From: Octopus vulgaris
Taxonomy: Eukaryota
Length of the DNA stretch: 64,000 nucleotides
Reading direction: 5' to 3'
NCBI GenBank assembly: GCA_951406725.2
Contig: OX597816.1
Coordinates: forward strand, 13,392,001 to 13,456,000
Shown: positions 24,483 to 38,738 of the stretch, piece after piece
Numbering within the stretch: position 1 is the first letter of the stretch
Layout: each line of letters opens with the position of its first letter
Program-made: the position numbers and the translations under genes
The notes under the pieces: model-generated
Seen by the model: only the letters and a program-made list of their open reading frames with translations
Database searches by the model: none
Told to the model about the DNA's origin: nothing

Positions 24483-25326
24483 TGTGTGTGTGTTTAATTT
24501 TCAAGGAAAAATCCGTGCAAATAGTTACCAGGGTAACCAAACGTCACATAAGCACTTTTAAAATATTAGTAACCATACGTATATATAGGTAATGATTCCA
24601 AGGAGAAGCGAAACGTGTTTTGAAGGATATAAGGGAAATGGAAAATGGAACAAACGCACAACCTCTAATAATCATGCTGATAGTAGTCATACTACTACTA
24701 CTAGTAATAATAATAATACTCATGATGTATCTTCTATAGGTAATAATTCAAGCAATAATGCCTTGTTTCAAAATATTCAAAAGCTAATCGTAGTAAATTT
24801 AAGAATAAACGGTATAAGGGAGGTAACTATACTTCCTCACACTTTCTGTAAAAATAAAAACAACTCCAGATATTTTTTATGGGAAATCTTCCTATAAATT
24901 GCATAGCTTTAAATTAACTATTCATATATGCTACCATACATACATACATAATACATACATACGTACATACATACATACATACATACATACATACATACAT
25001 GTATGCATGCATACATACGCATACACTTTTGACGTTTGCTTACAATATCAAAGTTCCTGTATCCATAATCAATGTTTCTAGATTTTCGCAGTCCTATCAT
25101 CAGGATACGCAATATACTTGGCTATCGCATTGCCTCTGTTATAGTAGTCGAGTTTATGTAGAATATTTCCTCAAAAACATTTGATTACCAGCCTTCTATG
25201 TCAACAGTCATGTGATACTATCGTTTTTACGTTTGGTAAATTTATTTATGCTTTGCCGCTAAGATATTTTGACCGTTAGGCTTCGAGGTCAGTAGTCACG
25301 TGTTGGTTTTGCAGGTGAAAAACCAG

Positions 25327-25739
25327 AGCGGCGAGCTGGTAGAAACGTTAGCACGCCGGGCTAAATGCCTACCGGTATTTCGTCTGCCGCTACGTTCTAA
25401 GTTCAAATTCCGCCGAGGTCGACTTTACCTTTCATCCTTTCGGGGTCTATTAAATAAGTACCAGTTACGCACTGGGTCGATATAATCGACTTAATCCGTT
25501 TGTCTGTCCTTGTTTGTCCCCTCTGTGTTTAGCCCCTTATGGGTAATAATGAAATAGGTATTTCGTCTGCCGCTACGTTCTAAGTTCAAATTCCGCCGAG
25601 GTCGACTTTACCTTTCATCCTTTCGGGGTCTATTAAATAAGTACCAGTTACGCACTGGGGTCGATATAATCGACTTAATCCGTTTGTCTGTCCTTGTTTG
25701 TCCTCTCTGTGTTTAGCCTCTTGTGGGTAGTAAAGAAAT
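25327..25739 (+). mobile_element. SINE family A, dimeric form
   Basis: Junction GAAATAGGTATTTC near 25555; flanking repeat GGTTTTGC(A/T)GGTG. Confidence 0.9.
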
Positions 25740-26250
25740 GGGTTTTGCTGGTGCGTAGTCGAAAACTTGGAAAACTTTTAGCGGCCAAGCCTCGATAATT
25801 TTCATTACAACATAACAAAATTAACACGTGACTGCAGAGGTGGAGGCCCACCGATCAATGAAAATTTCCTGGTAACATCTACATTAATTACATTAATTTG
25901 ACGCCTGTAAAGAATCAATAGAGAAGCTTAATATATTTCATATCTTAATGATGCAGCTGAGAAAGTCTAAGTGACATCGATTGCGTAAATACGAGTAATC
26001 TTTGGTAAAAAATGACGACACCATAGCAAAATCGTGCTTGCGTCAAAAGATGTAGTAGGGAAAAGCTGTTACTCACATATATGAATATAAATATACTTAC
26101 TCATACAGACACACACACGCTCACGCATACACACATACAGAAGCACACAAACCCATATATACATACCTACATATATGTTTGTGTCTGTCTGTGTTGGTTT
26201 ATGTCTCTCTGTGTGCATCTATGTGTGTCTATGTGTGTGTGTTTAGAGGC

Positions 26251-26294
<44 letters not shown>

Positions 26295-26540
26295 GGTCTG
26301 AAATTCTTATCCAGCATTCTGAATAATGTAGGGATATTAGTATTTTTCTAATGGCATATACACCTTTCATCCTTCATCTCTCTCTCTCTCTCTCTTTTCC
26401 TTCCAACCCATTCTTTCGCTTTTTACAAGCCAGTAGGTAAGAAATTGGATGTTCATGTCAAGAAAAAAAAACTTACGCTTTTTCTCTCTCCTAGTTCGCA
26501 CACACACGCGCGCGCGCATATATGCATGTATGTGTGTATG

Positions 26541-27228
26541 TCATTATTCAGTTTTATTTAACGGTTTCTTGCCAATAGAGAAAGAACCGGTTGCTAACCT
26601 AGATCCAAGGCTCCTTCAATGGAAATTCAACAACTACAACAGGGTATTTTTGTTTGTATGTATGTATGTATGTATGTATGTATGTATGTATGTATGTATG
26701 TATGTATGTATGCATGTGTGTGTGTATGTATGTATGTATGTATGTATGTATGTATGTATGTATGTATGTATGTATGCATGTGTGTATGTATGTATGTATG
26801 TATGTATGCATGCATGTATGTATGTATGCATGTATGTATGTATGCATGTGTGTATGTATGTATGTATGTATGTATGTATGTATGTATGCATGTATGTATG
26901 TATGAATGTATGTATGTATGTAAGTATGCATGTGTGTATGTATGTATGGATTGTATGGACTTGTATGTTTTGTTTTATGCATGTCTTTTCATTCGTATAT
27001 TTGCATACCTAGACATGCTCATATATATTTAAATGATAAATTTCTGGAAAGTTTTACACATTTCTACTGTTCCAGTGATGACTGGATGTGTAGTTTTCGA
27101 ATCAGCTTTCTCCTTTTTGGTTTTGAGAAGCCTAATTTCTCAAAATTCGTATTTAGGCTGTGTGTTACATATCCCAGTGGTGCAATAATTACAGGTAAGA
27201 ACCTGAACTTGTAATCTGGATAGAGTTG
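26541..27228 (-). mobile_element. R4/Dong-like RLE non-LTR retrotransposon, 5'-truncated copy 1
   Basis: QLYPDYKFRFLPVIIAPLGYVTHSLNTNFEKLGF (RLE C-terminus, PVIIGALG-like motif) plus 3' UTR containing (CATA)n. Confidence 0.75.
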
Positions 27229-27245
27229 GTATGTATGGATGTATG

Positions 27246-27460
27246 TCATTATTCAGCTTATTTAAAGGTTTATTGCCAATAGAGAAAGAACCGGTTTCTA
27301 ACCTAGATCCAAGGCTCCTTCATTGGAATTTCAACATCAACAACAGAGTATTTTTGTTTGCATTTATGTATGTATGCATGTATGTATGTATGCATGTATG
27401 TATGTATGTATGTATGTATGTATGTATGTATGTATGTATGTATGTATGTATGTATGTATT
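27246..27460 (-). mobile_element. R4/Dong-like element, 3' UTR-only copy 2
   Basis: Matches 26541-26700. Confidence 0.75.
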
Positions 27461-27479
27461 AATGAATGAATGAGTGTAG

Positions 27480-27692
27480 GCCTGCCTGTGCGTCTTTACA
27501 TCTCTCCAACGCTTGACAATCACTTTTTGTTGATTTACACCTCCATAACTTAACCGTTTAGCAAAAAGAGACCCACAGAATAAGAACCCGACTTAAAAAG
27601 AATTCAGTACTGGTGTTGATCCGTCCAACCAAACCCCTCAAGGCGGTGCTCCAGCATGTTCAAAATCCAGTGACTGAAATAAATAAAGAATG
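27480..27692 (+). mobile_element. SINE family B, diverged 3' half
   Basis: GCTTGACAA...GGCGGTGCTCCAGCATG...GACTGAAA. Confidence 0.75.
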
Positions 27693-27901
27693 AGAGAGAG
27701 AGAGAGAGAGAGGTTGTGTTAAATAACACAGTATGTTCAAAAGAGAGATATTTTCGAACGAATACCACATTAAATGCTGTTCTTTCTGATGTATCTGCAT
27801 TGAGTATTATACAGAAATTGCTATTTAAAACTAATACTCTTCTTGTCGCGCATAACGAATTTCTTTCTGTATGTATACATACATATATACATACAAGTGT
27901 G

Positions 27902-27904
<3 letters not shown>

Positions 27905-27999
<95 letters not shown>
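27905..27999 (+). repeat. (AAT)n microsatellite, about 31 units
   Basis: Direct reading. Confidence 0.95.
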
Positions 28000-28062
28000 T
28001 GTGTACAGTGCTCAGGTGCACTACAACTCATCTAAAGTGTATATATAATCAGGTGTAGTTTC

Positions 28063-28137
<75 letters not shown>

Positions 28138-28724
28138 ATGAGTTCGTGTATGTATCTGTGTATATTTGAGTATGTACGAATACGAGCGTGTATGTGTGCA
28201 TAGATGCCTGAGTGTATGTGTTTCAGTATTTGTTTTTAAAGGCAAATATCATACAAATTGTTGTTTATTACAAGTTATAGACACAAAATTTCTAATGGCC
28301 TTTAAATGACATTACAAGAGACACTCTAGAATTGTCAATCCAATCTTTCTTGTAATTCTAAGAGGCGGCTATACATTATTTTATAGAATTAAAATAATCC
28401 TGTAAGTATTGCAATCATTATAAATCAAAGATTGGTACAAAACATTAAGTGATTCGATTTTCTGTTTCATTCGTTAATGTGAATTCAACACAGCAACGCA
28501 GTTATAAAGTAACTGCGGTGTTTACTTTACTGTAATCGAAACAAATGGCGTGGAGATTGTAAACGAAGTTTTCTAGAATTAAATTTACTCTTTATGTATT
28601 CAGGTTGTTGGTAGATGTGTGCATATACATATATAAATACATACAGACATAGAGACAGACAGACAGACAGACATAGAGACGTATAAATAAATACACACAC
28701 ATTCTTATCTCTGTGTACATAGAC

Positions 28725-28734
<10 letters not shown>

Positions 28735-28758
<24 letters not shown>

Positions 28759-28870
28759 GAATATACGTGTATATTATATATATATATACATATACATACA
28801 TGTATTTCATATATATATATTATATATATACATGTTTGTATATGTGTATATATATATATATACGTACATG

Positions 28871-28915
<45 letters not shown>

Positions 28916-29085
28916 CATATATATATATATACATGTTTAAACCCTATAAACTTACTAGATATTCATATATATATATATATAAAATATATGTAAGTATATA
29001 TATATATATGTGTATATATATATATTATATATATAGATATATATTATATATTTATATATATATATATTTACATATATATATATTG

Positions 29086-29120
<35 letters not shown>

Positions 29121-29170
29121 CATATAAAGACAAATATAATATACATTCATATATACATTCATATATACAT
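28735..29170. repeat. Degenerate (TA)n low-complexity region
   Basis: Direct reading. Confidence 0.9.
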
Positions 29171-29867
29171 TTGTGTGTGTGTGTATGTACATATAGATAC
29201 ATAGATACGTATGGATGTGTATAAATACTTACCATGTATATACAGATAGATAGATATAGGTGCACGTGTGTGTCCTCGCGCGCGCATATTCATACATATA
29301 GCTACATTTAACATAACAAAACGTAACATCACAAACGCACACACTCACACACTTTCACACACACACACACACATGTCGTTCTTGTATTCTCAAGTGCACA
29401 CAACTCACTCTACAGCCCTATAAAACGTCTACGAGCTATTTACACCTAAAAGAGATAATAGAAGACACTGCCTCCAGTGGAACAGATGAGAATGTAATTA
29501 GAGCGAATGGAGCCACCTTTCCTTTGTGGAGATTTTTGGTAATTCTCATTAACTCCAATTTTTAAAAGCCAACATTATTCCAGAATGAGATTAAATGTGA
29601 TTACACGACTACATTTATCAATTAATATCTCTTGAACATTCTATAATTTTTACACAAATATTCCTGTATGTACGCCATCGTGGTCATGTGTATGTATGTC
29701 AGGTCACGTGTTGATTTGTTCCTAATATTTTCCATTTTATTTAGACCTAATTTCTTGATACGAGTCGAATATATTTTATCATATAACTTTGTGTAGTGTC
29801 ACGCGTGTATTGTGTCTTTTAGCTTTAGTTGGTCTTTTATTATTCTCATTATTAATTTATTTTATAG

Positions 29868-30085
29868 GAGCGACGAGTTGGCAGTGTCGTTAGCAGATCG
29901 GACAAAATATTTAGGCGATTTCTTCCAGCTCTTTACGTTCTGAGTTTAACTTCTGCCAAGATCGACTTAATCTTTAATCCTTTCGAGGTCGACAATATAA
30001 GTTCCAGTTCGTTACTGGTGTCGATGTAATCGAGAAGCCTGCTCACACAAAATTTCAGGCTTTGTGCCTACTGTAGAAGGGATTA
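29868..30085 (+). mobile_element. SINE family A, diverged (tail ending GTGCCTA..GTAGAAG)
   Basis: Head and central domain recognisable. Confidence 0.75.
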
Positions 30086-30097
30086 TTATTATATTAG

Positions 30098-30612
30098 AGC
30101 GAGACGACTATGTGACCGATGTCTCCGTTTTGGAGAGAACGAAAAGCAGCAGCACCGAGGCTACCATCCTGAAACATCGTCTGTGATGGGCAGGCCATGT
30201 AGCAAGAATGAAAGATACCAGACCGCTGCGTCAAATTTTATATTGTGAACTTTCCACTGGAAGAAGACCCCGTGGCCGTCCCTCCGTTGATACAAAGATC
30301 AACTGAAGCAAAGCCTAAAACTGACTGGAATCGATCCCAAAGCATGAAACACTGAAGCTCAGGACAGGCCCGGCTGCCATCATTCCATCTCCATTGTGAC
30401 AGATGAGTTTGAAGATGAACGAGAGAGGAAAGAGGGAGAGAAACGACAAGAAAGAAAATGGAGACTGCGGCAACGAAGTCCTCCACCAGGGATCCTCTTT
30501 GAACTTTGCAACTGACGCCTCATGCAATAATCGGCCTCATTAGACAGAGGGGAAAGAAGTGGACAAGAAGAAACGAAATGAATTATCGGACACACGATAA
30601 AACGCCGCCGCC
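30098..30612 (+). mobile_element. RTE-clade LINE, 3' end of ORF (pseudogenised) and short 3' UTR
   Basis: DYVTDVSVLERTKSSSTEATILKHRL*WAGHVARMKDTRPLRQILYCELSTGRRPRGRP/YKDQLKQSLK has the RTE RLRWAGHVxRM...GxRxRGRP motif. Confidence 0.9.
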
Positions 30613-31011
30613 AACGACGAGAGCGGTAAGCTGGCAGAATCGGACACAAATTCATCACTGCATTTCTACTGCTTTTTAAAGTTCTGAGTTCTCGGCGCTG
30701 CCACAGCATGGCCTAGCGTAGAACAGAATCACGATTCCAAGACCGTGGTTACAATTTCCGTAGTGAGCAGTATGTTGTGTTCTTGAGCAAAGCACTTCTC
30801 GTCAATAACATTGAAAGCACCTACAAGAAAATAAATGGTAAAGCCCCAACGTGAAACAGTAAAGAGGAAGCGACTCACTGACAGCTTCCACTGCATCACT
30901 GGTCTTTGTCTCTTTCCGGTTTGAGCCTGTAAAGTCTAATATTACGTAGATGTTATTGTCATGTCGCTTCTGCTGGTTTCAAGCTTTTATTTTGATGACG
31001 TGTTTCTTGCT

Positions 31012-31460
31012 GTGGCTGAGTGGTTAGGCTGTTGCAATCACGATTCCAAGACAAATTGGCGAGCTGGCAGAATCGTTAGTATTTCATATATAGTATCTAT
31101 CTTTACGTTCTGAGTTCAAATTCCGCCGAGGTCGACTTTACCTTTCATCCTTTCGGATGAACAAATTAAGTGCCAGTTGCGGCTTGGATCGATCCAATCG
31201 ACTGCTCCCTCCTCCAAACTTTCGGGCCTTGTGCATAGCGTAGAAAAGAATCACGATTCCAAGACCGTGGTCACAATTTCCGTAGTGGGTGGTGTGTTGT
31301 GTTCTTGAGTAAAGCACTTCATTTTATATTGTTCCAAGTCTACTCGCCTGTAAAATACTAACTCGGCGACGGTCTGGAGTCCCTTTCAAGGGGGATATTG
31401 TACCTCGATCGTTTATATGTCATGGAAACCGTGTGACCGGACCTGAGTCCTAGGACTCGA
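31012..31460 (+). mobile_element. SINE E-type element with a SINE A (31058-31249) inserted in its tRNA head
   Basis: 17-bp TSD AATCACGATTCCAAGAC around the SINE A; the junction is duplicated again at 30716-30800. Confidence 0.75.
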
Positions 31461-31574
31461 TTCAGTAATAATTTTGATGATGATGACAACCAAGACGACG
31501 ACAACGATGATGATGATGATGATGATGCTTACTGCTACTATCGTTATTGCAATTGCTATTTTATTATATAATAA

Positions 31575-32459
31575 TCTTTTCTACTGTAAGCACAGGGCCT
31601 GAAATTTTGGGGGGAAAGGAGATAATTTGATTACATCGACCCCAGTGTGTAACTGGTACCTATTTAATCGACCCTGAAAAGATGAAAGGCAAAGTCGACC
31701 TCGGTGGGATTTGAACTCAGAACGTAAAGACAGACGAAATACCACTAACGTTTCTTATTTCTTTATTGCCCACCAGGGGCTAAACATAGAGGGAACAAAC
31801 AAGGACAGACAAAGGGATTAATTCGATTACATCGACTCTAGTGCGTAACTGGTACTTAATTTATCGAACCCGAAAGGATAAAAAGCAAAACCGACCTCAG
31901 CGTAATTTGAACTCACAACGCGGAGGAAGACGAAATGCTGCTAAGTATTTTGCCCGGTGTGCTAATGGTTCTGCTAGCTCGCCGCCTTACTTTATTATGT
32001 AATTATTTCTTAATTACCCACCAGGAGCTAAACATAGAGGGGACAAACAGGGACAGTCAAAGGGATTAAGTCGATTACATCAACTCCAGTGCGTAACTAG
32101 TACTTAATTTATCGACCCCGAAAGGACGAAAAGCAAAACCGGCACAGCGAAATTTGAACTCACAAAGCGCAGGAAGATAAAATTCCGCTAAGCATTTTGC
32201 CCCGTGTGCTAATGGTTCTGCCAGCTCGCCGCCTAACTTTATTATATAATTATTTCTTAATTGCCCACAAGAGGCTAAACATAGAGGGGACAAACAAGGA
32301 CAGACAAAGGGATTAAATCGATTACATCGACTCTAGTGCGATGAAAAGGATGAAAAGCAAAAACGGTCACAGCGAAATTTGAACTCACAACGCGCAGGAA
32401 GACGAAATGCTGGTAAGCATTTTGCCCAGTGTGCTAAAGGTTCTGCCAGCTCGCCGCCT
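31575..32459 (-). mobile_element. Tandem array of four SINE A units
   Basis: Repeated bodies with a TTTATTAT(A/G)TAAT spacer; two tail types. Confidence 0.9.
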
Positions 32460-33339
32460 AACTTTATTATATAATAATAGTAATGTTTTCTTTAGTGTTA
32501 TCAACATTTACGTGATATAAAAGAGTTTTATTATGGTGACAAGCCCAAGGAAACGTCAATAACAGTGAAAGCTCCTACAGCTGTAGTGAAACGATCGGTA
32601 TCTATCACATGGTCTTTTCCAAAGACACTTATCATTCGCTTTTGTGCATTCAGTCAACTTTACCGATTCTACTTGAAGGAATATCTGTTTTTATAACCTG
32701 CTTGCCAACCAGAACATTAAATATTCGGGACAATACGACGAACTGATAAAGGTCTTGACGAAGTTGGCAAGCATTGTTTCTTAGCAACTCTTTCAAAAAT
32801 TCTGATAAGTGGAGAAGGATGGAGTTTTTATCAGGAAATGGAAAATGCATCAAAGCGGAGAGAAGAAAAATGAATTTTTAATATATTCATCTCGGTTCTC
32901 AAGAAATTCAATACGGTTTCTTACAGAGCGGAAAATTACGATAGATCGATAAACATTGGTGGCTGGAAGCAAGCAACAGGTGTGGTTCTTCAGAAGAAAT
33001 GGTATTTTTCTCGGTGCAGATAACGAGATTCGCGAAAGTTTTGAGTAGAATCTTGATAAATTCATTCGTTGGATCTTGGCGGTAGCGCCATTAAAAACTC
33101 TAGTTACATGAAAGACATTCCCAAGTCTGGTTTTGATATCGTTTTATTGTTTATTATAAATCGATATAGATTTCTTCTTTTTCTTTTTTTTCTCCCACTT
33201 TTTTTTTCTTTATTTTATATTAGCCTCATGGCTTCCTTGTATACAATTGTAGCATCATTTGTAATATAGCCTTCCTTATTCAACGTCATATTCAGCACTC
33301 ATGCCCACCCCCGTTCTTTTTACACCCACTCTTTCTCTT

Positions 33340-33369
33340 TTCATATACAAACATATACACATATATATT

Positions 33370-33418
<49 letters not shown>

Positions 33419-33466
33419 TATATATTTATACATACATATATATATGTGTATATATATATATATATT

Positions 33467-33513
<47 letters not shown>

Positions 33514-33569
33514 ATATATGTAGATATATATATGTAGATAAATATATATATATGTAGATATATATGTAG

Positions 33570-33623
<54 letters not shown>

Positions 33624-33803
33624 GCATACATGCACACGCACACACACATTATACATATGTACATTTAAGTGTACATTTATGTATAAATATATATACTCAT
33701 ACATACACACATGTTTTCATACTTATATCAATATGTATCTGTATGTATATATATATATGTGCGTGTGTGTCTATATATATATATATATACATATATGTGT
33801 GTG

Positions 33804-33835
<32 letters not shown>

Positions 33836-33908
33836 TACATATACATATTTAACATATACCTATACATATATATAATTGCATATCCATATATATATACAAA
33901 AATATACG

Positions 33909-33940
<32 letters not shown>

Positions 33941-33970
33941 TGTATATGGTATATATGTATATACCTATAC
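33340..33970. repeat. (TA)n-rich low-complexity region
   Basis: Direct reading; similar blocks at 34225-34790, 41245-41640, 57415-57730 and 62345-62882. Confidence 0.9.
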
Positions 33971-34342
33971 ATCATTCTAACTCTCTATTTTACTATTTAT
34001 TTTCTATCTATAATATCTTTCAACTTATCTTCTGATCGATTTATTGATTGCTCGATCGAGATAATTATACGAAGATTAAACTTTACTTTGCTTTCTCTAT
34101 ATTTTTTTTTCTCGCTGTTTTATATCTACATTTTATATTTGCATTGGATCCGCAGTGTCTCAATGAATGTAAATATACACTTGTTCGTCAACGGACACAT
34201 TGAGGACACCAGATGAATCACCTCTCACACACACAGATACATATAAACACACATAAACACACAAACTCACACACATGTGTGCACACGCATACACGCACGC
34301 ACGCACGCACTCATATATGTACATATATGTTTATATATATGT

Positions 34343-34388
<46 letters not shown>

Positions 34389-34493
34389 CATACGTACATG
34401 TGTATATATAAAAACACACACACACACGTATATATATATATATATATATGTATATAAACTCACACGCACACATTCATATATATATATATATGC

Positions 34494-34527
<34 letters not shown>

Positions 34528-34651
34528 GTATATACATATATATATATATAAACACACACACATATATACATATATACATATGTATGTATTTTTACATACA
34601 CACACATAAATGTACATATGTTTGTGTGTGTGTGTGTGTGTGTTTAGTATG

Positions 34652-34708
<57 letters not shown>

Positions 34709-34711
34709 GTG

Positions 34712-34789
<78 letters not shown>

Positions 34790-35353
34790 CATGTACAAGC
34801 ATTTATTCAGATATGTTTGTGAGTGTAATAACGTGCTATACATATGTAAATACAATGTTAACGACAAAAACACTAGTGTTCCTGTTCCAAAGCGAAAATA
34901 CCACACAACCAATATTGGCTTGAGTAACATACTAATGATGGCATTGACTAATCACCAACACCACCAACACCGACACCGCCACTACACCAACACCAACACC
35001 TTGTGATTTGTCATCAGCGCTCTATTCACTGAAAAGTTATATAGTAACGTATTTATGCATGGAGTTCATGTTCGGGGTTTCAGTGGGAATACAAGCTCAC
35101 ATGTGGTGCCCGGTCACATGTATACACACTATGGGATACTCTGATACGTAGCAGTTCTATCTTGGCATCGATTGTCGACCGTCGCAGAGGGTTCACTGAC
35201 CAAGTGACCCTTGATTATGGAAGCACACGTAGTCTGAGCTTGAAGCGGGTTCTGTAGATATGTTGTAACTAAAATCATCACTCCCTGTGGTCTTCCATCA
35301 CTCCCGACACCAACCCGGAATTTCTGAGGGCCCGTGATGTTGTTAGATAGACG

Positions 35354-35540
35354 TTTATTACCTCCGCCTTGGCGAATACGGAGGCATTGTTTTCAGTTTA
35401 TTAGTTTGTCCATGGACAAGATATCTCAAGAAACGCTGGATGGATTCGAATCAAACCTTCAGGGATGTTTCGCCTCCTGACTGGCACAAACTGATTAGAT
35501 TTTGGTATTGATTTGGTAGCGGGAAATGAGTCTGGGTTAT
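35354..35540 (+). mobile_element. Helentron-associated (HINE/DINE-like) element, 5' fragment
   Basis: TTATTACCTCCGCC-TTGGCGAATA-CGGAGGCATTGTTTTC subterminal hairpin followed by ATATCTCAAGAA.CGCTGGATGGATT. Confidence 0.5.
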
Positions 35541-35902
35541 TTGTTATATTTACTTTACATGATTAGGATCTTACGTTAACTTTCAAGTCTTTCTCAATTA
35601 TCTCTCTTTAGGCTGTAACTATTTTGAATGGTAAATTTAGCTTGTACCAGATAAAGATAAACTATTTATTGCAGTTACTAAATTTTCTACAGCCAGTTTA
35701 ACATTTAACGGGATGAAAAAGCAAAGTCGACTTCGGCGGAACTTGAATTCAGAACGTAAGGACGGACGAAATACTGTTCAGCCTCCAAAATATTCCGCCA
35801 GCTCAAGGACTTACTATTTCCTAATAAACGTTTCTACTATACGCACAAGACCTGAAATTTTGTGGGTGAGGGAGAATCGTCGATTATATCGACCCCCTAC
35901 GA

Positions 35903-36260
35903 CGGCACTCCGTCGGTTACGACGAGGAGGGTTCCAGTCGATCCAATCAACGGAACAGCGTGCTCGTGAAATTAATGTGCAAGTGGCTGAGCACTCCATA
36001 GACACGTGTGCCCTCAACGTAGTTCGTGGGGAGATTCGGCGTGACACTGAAATACAGGTACAACAGAAACAGGAAGAAAGTGTGAGAGAAAGTTGTGGTG
36101 AAAGAGTACAGCAGGGATCGCCACCAACCCCTGCCAGAGCCTTGTGGAGCTTTAAGTGTTTTCGCTCAATAAACACTCACAACGCCTGGTCTGAGAATCG
36201 AAACCGCGACCCTATAACCGTGAGTCCGCTGCCCTAACCACTGGGCCATTGCGCCTCCAC
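35903..36260 (-). mobile_element. SINE family C (tail type 2) nested in a SINE A (35825-36340)
   Basis: Full head; TSD ATATCGACCCC. Confidence 0.88.
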
Positions 36261-36434
36261 ATATCGACCCCAGTACGTACCTGATACTTATTTCATGGAC
36301 CCGGAAAGGATAAAAAGCAAGGTCGACCTCGGCAGAATTTACTATTTCCTAATACCAAATGCTTAAATGGTTCAACGATGCATCCCATACGCCATTTGAT
36401 CCGACAGATTTATAGTGAAATATGTAACCGCAAC

Positions 36435-36553
36435 GGGTTCCGGGTTCAGTCCTACTGACTGGTACCATGGACAGGTGTAGCCTCGAAGCGACCAAGGTTT
36501 TGAGGGTGGATTTGGTAGACGGAAACTGAAACAAGCCCGTTAAATATATATAC

Positions 36554-36590
<37 letters not shown>

Positions 36591-36770
36591 TCTCTCTCTC
36601 TCTCTCTTTTTTTTTTTCCCTCCACCGACTGACAACCGGTGTTGATGTGCTTACGTTCCCATAACTTTGTGGTTCGTCCAAAGAACCCAATAATATAAAT
36701 ACCGGGTTTTAGTAAAAAAAAAAATAAGTATTGGATCAATTTCTTCGATTGAAATTCTTGAAGACGGTTT
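36435..36770 (+). mobile_element. SINE family B, diverged
   Basis: GGTTCCGGGTTCAGTCC...GGATTTGGTAGACGGAAACTGAAA. Confidence 0.8.
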
Positions 36771-36940
36771 CCCAGTTCTTTAGTCGACGGAAACGTCCGC
36801 CAGTATTTGGTGAGAGACAAACACAGATACACACAAACTCATTAATACGTACACAGACAGACATATAGACAGACAGACAGACAGACAGGCAGGCAGGCAG
36901 GCAGATAGACAGACAGAACAGACAGGCAGACAGACGGACG

Positions 36941-36971
<31 letters not shown>

Positions 36972-37002
36972 AGTTAGATAGATAGATAGAGAGAGAGAGA
37001 GG

Positions 37003-37080
37003 TGTTTCTTTATTAGCCACACAGGGCTGCACACAGACGGGGCAGATTACAAAGTAGAGCTTTTCTTTATGGGGAGAAAC
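37003..37080 (-). mobile_element. 3' end of an unidentified retroelement sharing its terminus with the SINE A tail
   Basis: Homologous to 59052-59130. Confidence 0.55.
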
Positions 37081-37430
37081 GAAGAAGAAAAAAAAGATAT
37101 ACGACAGGCTTCGTTCAGTTTCCGTCTATCAAATCCCTTCACAAGGATTTGGTCGGCCTAAGTGCAACGTAGTGGCACTGAACCCGGAACGATGCAACTA
37201 AGGAGTAAGCTTCTTTCTACACAGGCACACCTGCCTTTCAAGGAGTTTCTCTCAACCAAATTTACGCAAAGAGTATTGGCCGCCATGGCGTGCTTGTTAA
37301 CCACACATCTTACCTCCGTATATGTATATGCATATCTATATATCTGTATCTATATACATGTATGTATGTATGTATGCATGCATGCATGCATACATACATA
37401 CATACATACATACATACATACATACATACA

Positions 37431-37461
<31 letters not shown>

Positions 37462-37605
37462 TTCCTCTTACTGCAATGGAAATTGGATTCCATTTTCTTT
37501 CCCCGCCTATCACGATAGCTAAAATACGCTAGTTGGTTAGGCGCGCGATTGCTCCTCATGTATGTGTGCCTACAGATGTGAGTGTGTCTTTGTGTGTATG
37601 TGTAA

Positions 37606-37664
<59 letters not shown>

Positions 37665-38303
37665 AGTGTGTGCATGCGTTGATGTGTGTGTGTGAGAAAT
37701 ACAAAGCGCTCATGAGCACACATTGCGCGTGTTATACGTGAGCTGAGATGTGTTTTTGTGTTGTTACAACCATCACCGCCATTACTACAATGGCTCCAAA
37801 TAATCCCGTTCACATATCACCTTCATTATGTCCACTCGTAACAAAATTTCAACGAAAGAAAAAGGAACCCGTAAAAGGATTCGTTATTTATTTATCTATC
37901 TATCTATTTATCTATTTATATACTTACCTTTCTATATATTTGTTCATCTGTGTATTTACCTATTTATACTTATACGTTATACTACGACATTTACACCGAT
38001 TCATGATGTTGGTCGTTTGTTTAAAGGTTAATTGAAAAGTGGCAGAAAGTGAACAGAACTGTTCAATAATCTAAAACCAGTCTGTCTTCGAAGTTGCATG
38101 TAAATCTAGGTATCATGTGGCAGCGACATCACGCAAATGTGTCGGAAGGAATTCTAGCTAAACATGTGAGGAACGCAGCTATTTAATCCGATTTGATATC
38201 ACAGAGAAATTGACGTGGCATTTTAAATCCCCAAAGCTCATGACCAACTCACTTCGCTTTCTCATTTCTCATTCTCCTACATCCGACTTTTCCTCTTCCA
38301 TTA

Positions 38304-38407
<104 letters not shown>

Positions 38408-38738
38408 CGACCTAAAAAGTAAATAAACACCGAATAGGTTCTGGAAATGGTTTCGATTTGATTTGCTATACTTAAACTACATAAATGCTTGATTGCTTTT
38501 AAATGGTGTTATTGCACGGCATTGCTATAGTAATTAGTCGTAGATTATTTAGGAGGAATATCATCTTCTGGCAGGACATTTAGCTACTTATTTTGAGATT
38601 ATTTACCAGAACTGAAGAATCGACATTGATACTGATTATTCTGCTTATGATAGAAACCCGAGAAGGTTGGTTCACACACAACTGCTTTTGTCATTTTTGT
38701 TATGAAAACGCGGCAGCCGATTGGCAGTAACGGCAGAA

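Noticed and set aside
32650-33065. Two adjacent minus-strand ORFs of about 70 aa
   Set aside because: No recognisable motif; possibly decayed retroelement sequence
35060-35340. Minus-strand SDGRPQG...PTET, like a CRE-type RLE domain
   Set aside because: Too degenerate to call
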